Assembly (NCBI RefSeq): GCF_000142905.1
Contig: NW_013657670.1
Coordinates: forward strand, 87,498-151,497
Source: Thecamonas trahens ATCC 50062
Taxonomy: Eukaryota; Protista; Apusomonadida
Direction of reading: 5' to 3'
Length of the DNA: 64,000 nucleotides
The position numbers and the translations under genes were made by a program. Shown piece by piece: positions 54,414 to 64,000 of the stretch (positions within the stretch are counted from its first letter, which is position 1; each line of letters starts with the position of its first letter). The notes below the pieces were generated by a model. It saw only the letters and a list, made by a program, of their open reading frames with translations. It did not search any database and was not told the DNA's origin.

Positions 54414-55946
54414 ATGCACTTCTTCCTCTCCCTGCTGGTGGTGGCTACTACCATGGCGGTGGCAGTCTCTGCCGCAGGCCCGCGGGCATACGTAGAGACG
54501 GCGTACTCGCACACCCTCACCACCGCCCTTCGTGACGCCTCCCTGGACGTCTTCCATGACAAGTTCTCGTCGGTTGCTCTTCCGGATGTGGCGGGAAGGG
54601 CATCAGCCTTTATTGGCTCGGTCGACTATGCTCTTCGCTCGCTGCTGCTGCAATCGGTGGCTTTGAACAACGCCCAGCTGGTCTTCCTCCCTCCCTCCCG
54701 CATCGTTGTCAAGTCGGTCGATCTGGCCGCCGCCGCCTCCTTCCACTGGTCCTACCGCGAGGTTGCCTGGCCGCATGCGTCAGATGGCGGTTCGGGCACT
54801 GCTCGCGTCTCCCGGACCTCGGTCGAGCTCACCATCGAGCTCAGCAAGGCTGAAGATGGCCGGCCTACCGTCGCCGTCGCCGATGCCAACGTCGTCGTTG
54901 GCGAGCTCGACATCTCGCTTTCGGGCGGCGCGTCGTGGCTGTACAAGTTTGTTCTGGGTGCGTTCAAGGCCCACGCTGTCGACTCGCTTCAGTCTGCGCT
55001 CCGCGACGCCGTCGTCGACGCCTTTACCGAGCAGGCCTCGGCCTTTGTCGCCGCCCTCCCGCTCCGTCTTGACCTCGGCGCCAAGACCGGTCTACCTGTC
55101 GGCACCGTGGACCTCTCGCTTGTTGCCGCGCCCGTTGTTGACGACGCCTTTGTCCGCTCTTCGCACCTCGGACGCATCGTTGATCCGGCCGACCCGGCCC
55201 ACGCCTACGAGCCCACCGTCGAGGTTGGCCCGCTCCCGGCGCTCGACTCGGGTCGCGACGTCCAAATGGCGGTCTCCGCCGGCTTGCTCAACTCGGACTT
55301 TTCCTACATGTATGCCACCAAGGCGCTCAACACCCAGCTGGTGGCGCTTCCGGCATCGTCGCCCATCCAGCTCTTGGTCTCCAACTTTCGCCAGATGGTC
55401 CCTGCGCTTGCCAAGTACTTTAAGGACTCGCAGCAGATGCTAGCAGTGGTGACACTCGACGCCCCGCCGAACATCACCCTCTCTGCCTCCCGTGGCGTTC
55501 TCCTGGAGGCCCACGCAAGCATCGCGTTCTCGGTCTACCCCGACGGGATTGTGGTGACCGACCCGGCCACCGCGCCCGCCGCCGCCTTTGCCTACGAGCT
55601 TGGTGCCGTCTTCAAGGCTTCGGCCTCCTTTGCCCTGGCACCGGCCTCGGCACCGCCCTCGCACACCCTCCTTGTCGGCTCGGTGGCGGGCCTCGATGTC
55701 GACCTCTCCGCCCGCCGCTCCGCCATCGGGCCGGTCGACGCCACCACCACCTCGCAGTTTGCCAACTTTGCTCTCCACCGGGTCCTCGTCCCGCAGCTCA
55801 ACGGCTACCTCTCCACCGGCTACCCACTCCCGCTTGCCGCCGGCATCGACCTCGTCGATCCCGAGCTTACCACCCTCGACGGCGCCTTTCTCATCAACTC
55901 GGGCGTCAAGATCTCCGCTGCTCTCCTTGAGTCGCTCCTCGAGTAA
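54414..55946 (+). CDS. LBP/BPI/CETP (TULIP) family secreted lipid-binding protein
   Basis: Signal peptide; LPDVAG, SFHWSY..WPHASDGGSG, LDISLSGGASWLYKF, VQMAVS..LNS, LVPQLNGYLSTGYPLP; length fits two BPI domains. Confidence 0.82.
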   Translation: MHFFLSLLVVATTMAVAVSAAGPRAYVETAYSHTLTTALRDASLDVFHDKFSSVALPDVAGRASAFIGSVDYALRSLLLQSVALNNAQLVFLPPSRIVVKSVDLAAAASFHWSYREVAWPHASDGGSGTARVSRTSVELTIELSKAEDGRPTVAVADANVVVGELDISLSGGASWLYKFVLGAFKAHAVDSLQSALRDAVVDAFTEQASAFVAALPLRLDLGAKTGLPVGTVDLSLVAAPVVDDAFVRSSHLGRIVDPADPAHAYEPTVEVGPLPALDSGRDVQMAVSAGLLNSDFSYMYATKALNTQLVALPASSPIQLLVSNFRQMVPALAKYFKDSQQMLAVVTLDAPPNITLSASRGVLLEAHASIAFSVYPDGIVVTDPATAPAAAFAYELGAVFKASASFALAPASAPPSHTLLVGSVAGLDVDLSARRSAIGPVDATTTSQFANFALHRVLVPQLNGYLSTGYPLPLAAGIDLVDPELTTLDGAFLINSGVKISAALLESLLE

Positions 55947-56149
55947 TCGAGCCACACCAAGCCCACAAAGAACGACAGCCAGTCACACAAAACACCATCA
56001 AGAACCACACAGAGCCAACGACGTCCGTAATCCTCTCCCCCCTCCCTCTCTCTTGCGCTTCCCTTCCATTCGGCTCGTCCACGACTTCCACCTCACCTCC
56101 CCCCCCCCCCCCCCCCCTCCCCCCCACCCCCTCCCCACCTCTCACCACC

Positions 56150-57745
56150 ATGGGCCGAAGAAAGCAGCGCAAGAAGGAGAAGCAACCACCACCATCGTCC
56201 GACCCGGTCATGGATAGCCTATACGGCCGCAGTACAGTGGTGACCTCCACAGCCATCACTCGGCCCACCAACTCTTCGCCCTCTCGCCCACTGTCCGACT
56301 CGCCATCGTCATCGCTCTCCGCCCCTTCGAATTCCGCTTTGACCCCGTCGCCGACCCGGGAGCTCTTCCCTGATGACGCCACGGCCGCATGGGAAGCATC
56401 AAACTTTGTCTTTGATCGCTACGGCGTGTGGAAGTCGAGCCAGTTTGCCACCATCCCCTCATGGATCGACGCCCTGATCGTCTCGCCCGCAGATGGCGTC
56501 CACTCGCGGAGCGGGACCATCACCTTTCCCATCTCCCTTCCGCCGTGCGATCCCCAGCCTGCGCCAGCCTTTGTCCGTCTTCCAGCCGCCATGCTCGCCG
56601 GACAGGCCTTTGCTCCACGATCGGTCCGCGGCGGCGGCGCAGAGGACTTTGACGGCTCAGCCGCCCGGCTCATCCCTCCGCCGGCCGAGTCTGGCGCCTC
56701 CCTCGCCTGGCACATCGAGCAGACCATGTGCAATGTAGTGGTCATCATGTGTCACGGTGGCTACTTTGCCGTCGCACACTTTGTCGATGGCGAGCTCCGC
56801 GAGCACAAGACCATGCGCAAGTACGTCACTCGCCGCAAGCAGGGCGGCCGCCAGTCGAACCGCGACCGCTCAGGCAGGGTCATGTTCTCCGCCGGCTCTC
56901 ATCTCCGCCGGACAAACGAGGAGAAGCTCGCCCGCAACATCAAGGAACTGTTGGCCGGTCAAGCCTGGGCATCTGCGCTTGCCGCTGCCCAGCGCATCCT
57001 CCTCTGTGCGCCCGGACCGGCTAACCGCGAAATCTTCTTTGGCGTTGCCGCCGAGCGCGACCGCGAGCCGCCGCTCTTTGAGCTCAACGACCCGCGCATC
57101 CGCGGCATACCCATCAAGACCAACCGTCCCGCCACTGCCGAGTGCGTCCGCGTCTTTGAGCTCATGACTGCCGTTCACATCCTCACACGGGCCACCGACC
57201 GCGAGCCCGGGCCCGAGACCTCCCGGCCAACGCTCCGCACCATAGTCGCAACCCCTGGCCTGCTCGTCCAACCGCCCACACACCCGCGCTCGCCGCACCC
57301 TGTCGCCGAATCGCCAACCTCGACAGGATCAGCCGCCCTTACCGCTTCAGACTCGGACTTGAGCTCGGCCTCGGGCGAGTCATCACTCGATGACGCCATC
57401 TACGCCGAGGAACTGGCGCGCGAGTCGAGTTCCCCCTCTGTCACTCCCACGCACCACCCGCGCTCTGACGTCGCTGCCGCCGACGCCGCCGCCTCCGACG
57501 CCGCCGCTGACTCGACACACCCCCCAGCCCCACCACCAAGCCTGTCCTCCCCGCACCTTCCGCCTCACCAACCACGCCACCACCCGCTCCAACCACGCCA
57601 CCAACCTCCTGGCTCTTTATCGCCGCCATTGCCACCGCTGCCCTCGCCACCGCCGCCGCCACTGGTCTTGCCCTCCGCAGACGCAACCCGTAACGCAGTC
57701 ACCATGTTGCGGAAAGCAAGTTCATCGCAAGACACACAATTCTAG
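56150..57745 (+). CDS. Vms1/ANKZF1-like protein (VLRF1 domain) with low-complexity tails
   Basis: GGYFAVAHF, HKTMRKYVTRRKQGGRQS, SAGSHLRRTNE, DPRIRGIPIKTNRPAT.EC.RV. Confidence 0.85.
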   Translation: MGRRKQRKKEKQPPPSSDPVMDSLYGRSTVVTSTAITRPTNSSPSRPLSDSPSSSLSAPSNSALTPSPTRELFPDDATAAWEASNFVFDRYGVWKSSQFATIPSWIDALIVSPADGVHSRSGTITFPISLPPCDPQPAPAFVRLPAAMLAGQAFAPRSVRGGGAEDFDGSAARLIPPPAESGASLAWHIEQTMCNVVVIMCHGGYFAVAHFVDGELREHKTMRKYVTRRKQGGRQSNRDRSGRVMFSAGSHLRRTNEEKLARNIKELLAGQAWASALAAAQRILLCAPGPANREIFFGVAAERDREPPLFELNDPRIRGIPIKTNRPATAECVRVFELMTAVHILTRATDREPGPETSRPTLRTIVATPGLLVQPPTHPRSPHPVAESPTSTGSAALTASDSDLSSASGESSLDDAIYAEELARESSSPSVTPTHHPRSDVAAADAAASDAAADSTHPPAPPPSLSSPHLPPHQPRHHPLQPRHQPPGSLSPPLPPLPSPPPPPLVLPSADATRNAVTMLRKASSSQDTQF

Positions 57746-57759
57746 CCACACACCGAACG

Positions 57760-60700
57760 CTACACCGTTGATGACGCTGTCGACGACGCTGTCGACGACG
57801 CTCTCGACAACTCGACCGACGACGACTCTGTCGAACACTCGACAAGCATTGCCAGCCGGAACGCATCCAGAAATCTCTCGCCTTCACCGCCTGCATCGAC
57901 CTCGATGAGCTCGCGCTCTACCCGACCCGCCACCACCTTCCATCGATGCTCGGCCTCGGCGGCACCACCGCGCGCCCGAGCCGCCCTGGTCTCGCGCACA
58001 TCGGCGACCACCCCGTGGATCGACACCACCAATGTTGCCACCGCTGCCAGTGCCACCACCACCGTGAGCACCACCACCGTTGTAGAACTCGTCTCGGACC
58101 CGCGCTCCGCATGGAAGCCGATGCCTGTTAGCGCAATCGCCATCACACACCCATCGAGCCGCGCCCGCAGCCGGTTGTACATCGGCACGTAGTACGGCGC
58201 AGCCGCCACAAAGTAGCCCATCGAGAACGCAAGGATGAAAAAGATGGCAAAGAAGACCACGAGCTTGGTGCTCGAGAAAAACAGCGCGGCAATCACAATG
58301 CCTAGCCGAAGGACAAGAACAAGCATGCCCGTCGCCGCGTATCGCGTCCGGAACGCCTGGTAAATGACGCCAAACCGCGTCGTCGTCTCCGGCTCGAGCA
58401 GCGAGTCGCGATGCCGCCAGAGTCGGAAGCAGCCCCACGCCGGCAAGCCCATCACCACAACCACAACGCTCGCCACGCCCCACGGGACAAGCGACCACCA
58501 TTCGGAGCTGTAGCAGCTAAACGAAGGCTCGCTGTCGAGCACCCATTGACCATCAGCGAGCTTAGTACAGTCAAACAGCTCCAAAGACGACTTGGAGAGC
58601 GGCACATAGAGCAGCGGTCCAAGTAGAAACACAACGCCATCGGCGACAGCGCTCAAACCAACCTCCTTCAGTGGCGCAAACATGCCCACACCACAAAACC
58701 GCAGACCGGCGAGAAGAAGTACGCACGCTACCACGCACACCATTGGCACCACCAGTGACATCACATACATCGACCCGTAGTCGCGGACAGAGCACCCGGT
58801 CGCCAGTAGCCGCGCGTCGGCGTTGGCCAGCGCAAAGCCAGAGAGCCCGGCTGTCACCCCGCGTGGCCAACCAAAGTCGCTCGACACAATGATCGCGATC
58901 AGCTGCGCAGTCGTGATCACCATCGACACAGAAGCCGGGGTGCGCCGCCGTCGAAACGCGAGCACGTGCTCCTGCCCTCCACCGCCGGACGTGATCGCCT
59001 TCACCAGCGAACGCCCCGCCATCGCCGCCCCACCAACCACCACAACCAACGCGAGAGCTACCACGACAACCATCAGGCCACCTGACGACGGCGGACACTT
59101 GCTGCACACGCTCGCCGACGAAGCGTAGTAGCCGTCCGCACACGATGCACACGCAAATCCATCGTAACCGACCTCGCACATGTTGTTGCCCAAGCATCCA
59201 CTACGAAGGCAGCGCACAAACGCGCCGGACTCGGACGCAAAGAATCCCACTGCCGCCACAGGCATGGCAAGCCCGCCGACGCAATCTGCTCCATCAGGGC
59301 AGGCTCGCACACATCGCCACCCACCCCGCTTGGCGCGTAGAAGCCCACCACGCATCGGCAGAGAGAGGGGTCCGGCTTGGTCACGTTGGCCAGGAGCGCC
59401 ATGTTCAACGGGCACGGCGGCGTTGCTACGCATGCCGCCATGCTCCCACCCTCCGACGAAGACGACGCATCACACTCGGTGCACACCAGCGCCGCCGATC
59501 CCAACCCGCTCGCAATTGTCCCGCCATACCCAGCCGGACAGACCGTTACGTTGATGCTTCCGCGAACACCCACCACGTTTCCGCCTTCGACGCTCACCTC
59601 GTACGCGACCGCAACCCCGGACGGCTCCGCCGTCGCAAGCAGCGCCACAAAGCCCGACGGCACAGGCGCCGCCAGGCTCGACAGCAACATATCGCCCGGC
59701 TCGTTTGGCACTGCAGCGCCTCCACTCACACTCTCGAACCGCAGTCGCAGGGATGTTCGATCATACACCACGTCCTGGCCCAGCACATCGCGCCCGCGGA
59801 CCTTGGCCGACACAGCCTCGCCGGCAAACACCACACTCGCACCGGCATCGACCATTTGCAACTCTGCCAGCGGCCCTGCAATCGCAACTTGATTGAACAC
59901 GTGCTCCGCCTCGATACTCAGCCACGGAATGCCCGACGAATTGCTCCGACTCGAGTTAAACGAAGCGTCCACAGCCGAAGACAAGCACACAAACGCGTCG
60001 TGGGCGGTCCTTGTCGCGCCCGATCGCAGTGCAGTGTTGCCCACCATCGCACTTGCATTGCCCGCCATTCGCACCCAAGACCCGCACGCAAACAGGCCAC
60101 CGCCAAACAGAGACGCCACGTTATTGTCAAAAGTGCAGTTGTTGACAACGACGGTTGCAGCCAAAGCTCCAGCCCGCAGAGTTCTGCTGGGAACAGGCAC
60201 CGTCGCGCCTGAAGCCACCGCCGCTCCGGCCGACACGCCACTCGTCTCGGCCAGACCAAGCGCTCCGCCGATGGCTGCCGAGTTGCTGGAGAAACTGCTG
60301 TCCGTCAGCTCGATGGCCGCTTCCCGAGTGCCAATTGCGCCAACACCGCCGCCCATGCCCCGCGGCGCCAAATTGCCGAAAAACGTCACGCTCTCGCCCA
60401 CAAGCGCTCCGCCGCTCGCAACAAGCAGCCCACCGCCAGGCCCGGTGCTCACCACATTTTTCGTAAAGCTCGCACCCGCAGCTCCGATCTCGACTCGGCT
60501 GCCGTCGCCCACATACAGCCCGCCGCCCGCGCTGCCGGCCGTACACGCCACAAACGAGGTATTGCCGAGTGAGACTCTGCTCCCGCCACCGCGCACAAAA
60601 AGCCCTCCACCAAACTGAGCCGCAGAGCACCCACTGAACGTCACGTCGACAAGCTCCGCAGCCGCGCCGTCCACCACAGACAGCGCCCCACCGCGCCCGC

Positions 60701-63700
60701 TGTCAAACTGGAACAGGGAGCCGTGCCCCACAGAGCTGCAACTGGCAAACACCACAGACCGCAGAACCACATCTTGTCCGGTGCCCGAGACGCGAATGAC
60801 GGACGATGCAGCCGAATCGACCTGCGACACCCCGCCGTTGCGGACTTCCACGCCAGACAAGTGCAGACTCCCACTGGTGCCCGTCAGCTCGTTGTCCTCA
60901 ATCTTGAACAGTACTCCACCGATGCTTGAGCCAGCCACTGCGCAGTCAAAAACAACCCCGCCGTTTGCCGATCTAATCGAGACTGGTGACTGGATGAGCG
61001 CCGGCAAGTCACGGGCACAGCCATACGTCCCGGCCTCCAGCACAAGTTCCTTCCGATCCCCACACGTCGTTGTCGCCCTTAGCCGTGCCACAACGCATGC
61101 AAAGCTCGACGGAACAATACACGCACGCTGCTCTGAAACACCCGGTGTTTGGAGCCGACGCGACGTCATAGAGAACGCTGTCTGCCCGCTTCCGCGAAAG
61201 ATCACAACCGTGCCAGCAGCCCCATACGCAACATCAATATCGCCGTCACTGTCAAAGTCATCGACAAGGACATCGATCGCCCTGGTGTGAGTCGAACCAT
61301 CCGTCTGAAGCGCGAGTGCATACGAGCCCGAGACGTTGCGGAAGACCTTGACCCCACCGGTGTTGAATCGAGCAAAGACGTCGGCGTACTTGCCGCTGGT
61401 GTGGCTGACCGTCACTCCAGTCAGCGTGGACAAATCAGAGTAGATCGGCGACGACACGTAGCCGGTTCCAGTCCACGTGAGTAAGATGATCACCCTCAAC
61501 CCGCTCGCCACAATCTCATTGCTCCCGTCTCCGTCCACGTCGTACGCCACCACTCCGTTGGCATCAGTCACACTGATGGCGAGCCGACTTGCAAAGCTCC
61601 GACCACCGGCAGCATGCCACACGTAAACAACGTCGTGCGCTTCGCAAGCCGCCACCACATCTTCCCTCCCGTCCGAGTTGACGTCGGCTACAGCCAGGCT
61701 GTTTGCATTCGGCGCGCTTCCATCCATGTCGATAGGCTCACCAAAGCTGCCGCCTCCAGTCCCGTAAAAGATGTGGACGCCGGTCGAACTTGTTGCCACT
61801 ACGTCCATCATCTCGTCGCCGTCAAGATCACTGCTGACCACATCGCGGCAAGCTGCGAGGTTGGTCGAAATGGTGACCGCTGGCACCGTCAGTCCCATGC
61901 CATTGTTGGCGAACCAAGCGACGTGTTGCACCGCAGGGTTGATCGAGCACACCACGACATCGACGTCGCCGTCGCTGTCAACATCCACTGCATCGATGCC
62001 GTACGCGCCAGGAAACGGTGCAAACGGCACCACATTGTCCGGCAGCCCAAACTTGTTCTCCACAAGCCGCACACCCATGTTCTCATCGGCAACCGCAAGG
62101 TCCACGTCGCCGTCGTTGTCAAAGTCCAAGCTCGCAATCTTGGCCCGGCGCGAGGCGATCGCGACCGTGCCGCCTTCCGAATACGTGGCAGGAAACGTCT
62201 CGTTGGTGTTCCGGTAGTAGCCGAGCACCTCGGACGACGGTGCCGTCACGACATCCACTCGTCCGTCACTGTCCACGTCGCCCAGCGCAAGTACACCGTT
62301 GGTAGACGCCGTCGACGTTACTTCCCGGACCAGGCCACGCAGGGTGCCAGCCAGCGAGACAATGCTCACACCGCCACTGTGGCTGTACACCACATCCAGT
62401 GCATCGTCATCGTCCATAAAGCTCAGAGCTAGTCCCCCTAGCTCGTTGACTGGCAAAGCGATGGTGAATCCCGAGTCGAAAACAACTGCATTCGCATTGA
62501 TGTTGGTGTAGAGCATGATCCGAGCTCGCGTGACTGTGCCCACGATCACATCGCCGTCGCCGTCGCCGTCGGCATCAGCCACAGCCACGACTGTCGCCCC
62601 GTACTCGCCACTTGCAATTACGATCCGGCTTCCAAAGCCACCAGTCCCCGTTCCAAGGTGCACACCGACGCTGCCGTCGCCGCCCACAGCTGTCACCAAG
62701 TCGGTGCTGCCGTCGGGGGAAATGCGCCCCTCCCCGAGCGCCGTCACACCGACCATCGCAATGCTGGCGCAACTGAAAAAAGTCCCGTCGCCGCTAGGGT
62801 TGCACATCACGTCGATACGCGAGCTTGTGGCCACCACCGCATCAACAAAACTGTCACTATTGGCATGGAGCAGGACCAGCGCTACCACCGGCGACGGTGG
62901 CGACGCCAGCGTGCCACCGAGGATTGCGTCAAAAGTCCCATTCCCGAACCCATGGATCCACACCACAGTTCCACTGTCGAGGAGCGCAACAACATCGTCG
63001 GCGCCGTCGCTGTTCACGTCGCTCGCAAGCAGAGTTGTTGCAGGTGATGCCAGAATCTGTTTGCGGCCGTCAAACGCGCTCGATCCAAACCGATTGACGT
63101 ACGTCGCAACGCCGCCGTTGACCGCTGCGACGACATGGCCGCCACTTGCAACAACTGCCGCTTGCGGTGCAGCCATTTCCGCGAACAGAACTCTCCCTGA
63201 AGAAAAGGTCCTTGATCCCGTGCCGAGGGCATAGTACGCGGTAGCGCCGGAAAAGTCCCGTGAGCCAACAACATCAAGCAGCCCATCGTTGTTCACATCC
63301 GCTGTTCGGTAGATATCGGGGAAGCTCCACCAGAACGTGCTCTCGCGGCCGACACTCGTTGTGCCAGTGCCCCAGTAGCCAAGGACAAAGTTGGACATAT
63401 GCCGACCTCCAAGCAGATCGCCGAAGCCGTCGTTGTCAAAGTCACCAGCCACAGACCGGTAAGGCGCTTCCTGGAGCGTACTTGAGACCGCCGTGAGAAA
63501 GCCACCGACACCGTCTCCTGGGTGCACAATGAGCGACGTGCCCGAGATCACCATCAAATCCATATGGGTATCGTTCGTCGCCTCGAGCACAAACATGGCA
63601 TCACGCAAAGTCGGCCCGGATCTTTGCGTAAAGCTACCGCTTCCGTTGTTCGCGAGCACAACAAGGCTGCTCATCCCGCTTGCCCAGATCCACGGCGCCG

Positions 63701-63998
63701 GGTTGGCACCGACATACACTACGTGAAGGCTGGATGTTCTACTTGACGTCAGCGTCTCGCCTCCAGTCCGCCGCACCGTCCAGCTCGGGCCCTGCAGCCA
63801 GAACAGGCCATCGGCCGACGAGCCGATCACATCGTTCACGCCATCGGCGTCGACGTCGACAACCTGCACAAGCTTGGCGCCCGGTACTGTCGCCAGCACT
63901 TGCGTCTCCCCGCGCGCCGCGATCCACACCATGACTGCATTGCCAACCACGCCCAAGATGTCTAACCGGCTGCCGCCCATCACCGAGCCCACCGCCAC
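57760..63998 (-). CDS. Large receptor-like protein: many FG-GAP/VCBS repeats, PMP beta-helix repeats, Cys-rich region, multi-TM C-terminus; -1 frameshift near 59300; 5' end beyond the window
   Basis: Repeated DxDxDGxxD motifs, then FxxNxA..GGG repeats. The frames join at DVCEP^CPDGADC. TM block with LFDC..VLDSEPSFSCYS..W and FGVIYQAFR. Confidence 0.8.
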
Positions 63999-64000
63999 CG

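Noticed and set aside
57760-63998. Bacterial contamination (VCBS/Pmp autotransporter)
   Set aside because: It ends in eukaryotic-type Cys-rich and alpha-helical TM segments rather than a beta-barrel, and it is contiguous with eukaryotic genes.

Overview
This is GC-rich, gene-dense nuclear DNA from a unicellular eukaryote, with short GT-AG introns, CTAAC-type branch points, (CA)n and poly-C tracts, and four assembly gaps. Gene content and style suggest a flagellate protist such as the apusomonad Thecamonas; this is an inference, not a database match. About 28 protein-coding genes can be modelled. In order: bromodomain protein; bacterial-type lysine/ornithine decarboxylase; receptor-like multi-pass membrane proteins with FG-GAP and/or PMP beta-helix ectodomains (two here, a third at the right edge); OCRE-tailed low-complexity protein; PX-DJ-1/PfpI fusion; ATP23; PhoD-like phosphatase; coiled-coil protein; LSM1; subtilisin; VAP; LIN37-like; CIP2A-like; EEP hydrolase; calmodulin-like; long coiled-coil; EF-hand protein; TMEM181; class I PI3K; an unknown protein; METTL2/6; Fab1/PIKfyve; ACTR10; COPZ; LBP/BPI; Vms1/ANKZF1-like. 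No rRNA, tRNA, CRISPR array or transposon was recognised. Main leads: (1) a modular receptor family with one shared Cys-rich plus multi-TM module and swapped ectodomains; (2) a Vibrio-type L/ODC with an apparent mitochondrial presequence; (3) the PX-DJ-1 fusion; (4) repeated -1 frameshifts, most or all repairable by one added C; (5) the exact motif GTCACGTCAT upstream of three genes; (6) G-rich introns without polypyrimidine tracts and very tight convergent gene ends. All family assignments come from recalled motifs, not searches.
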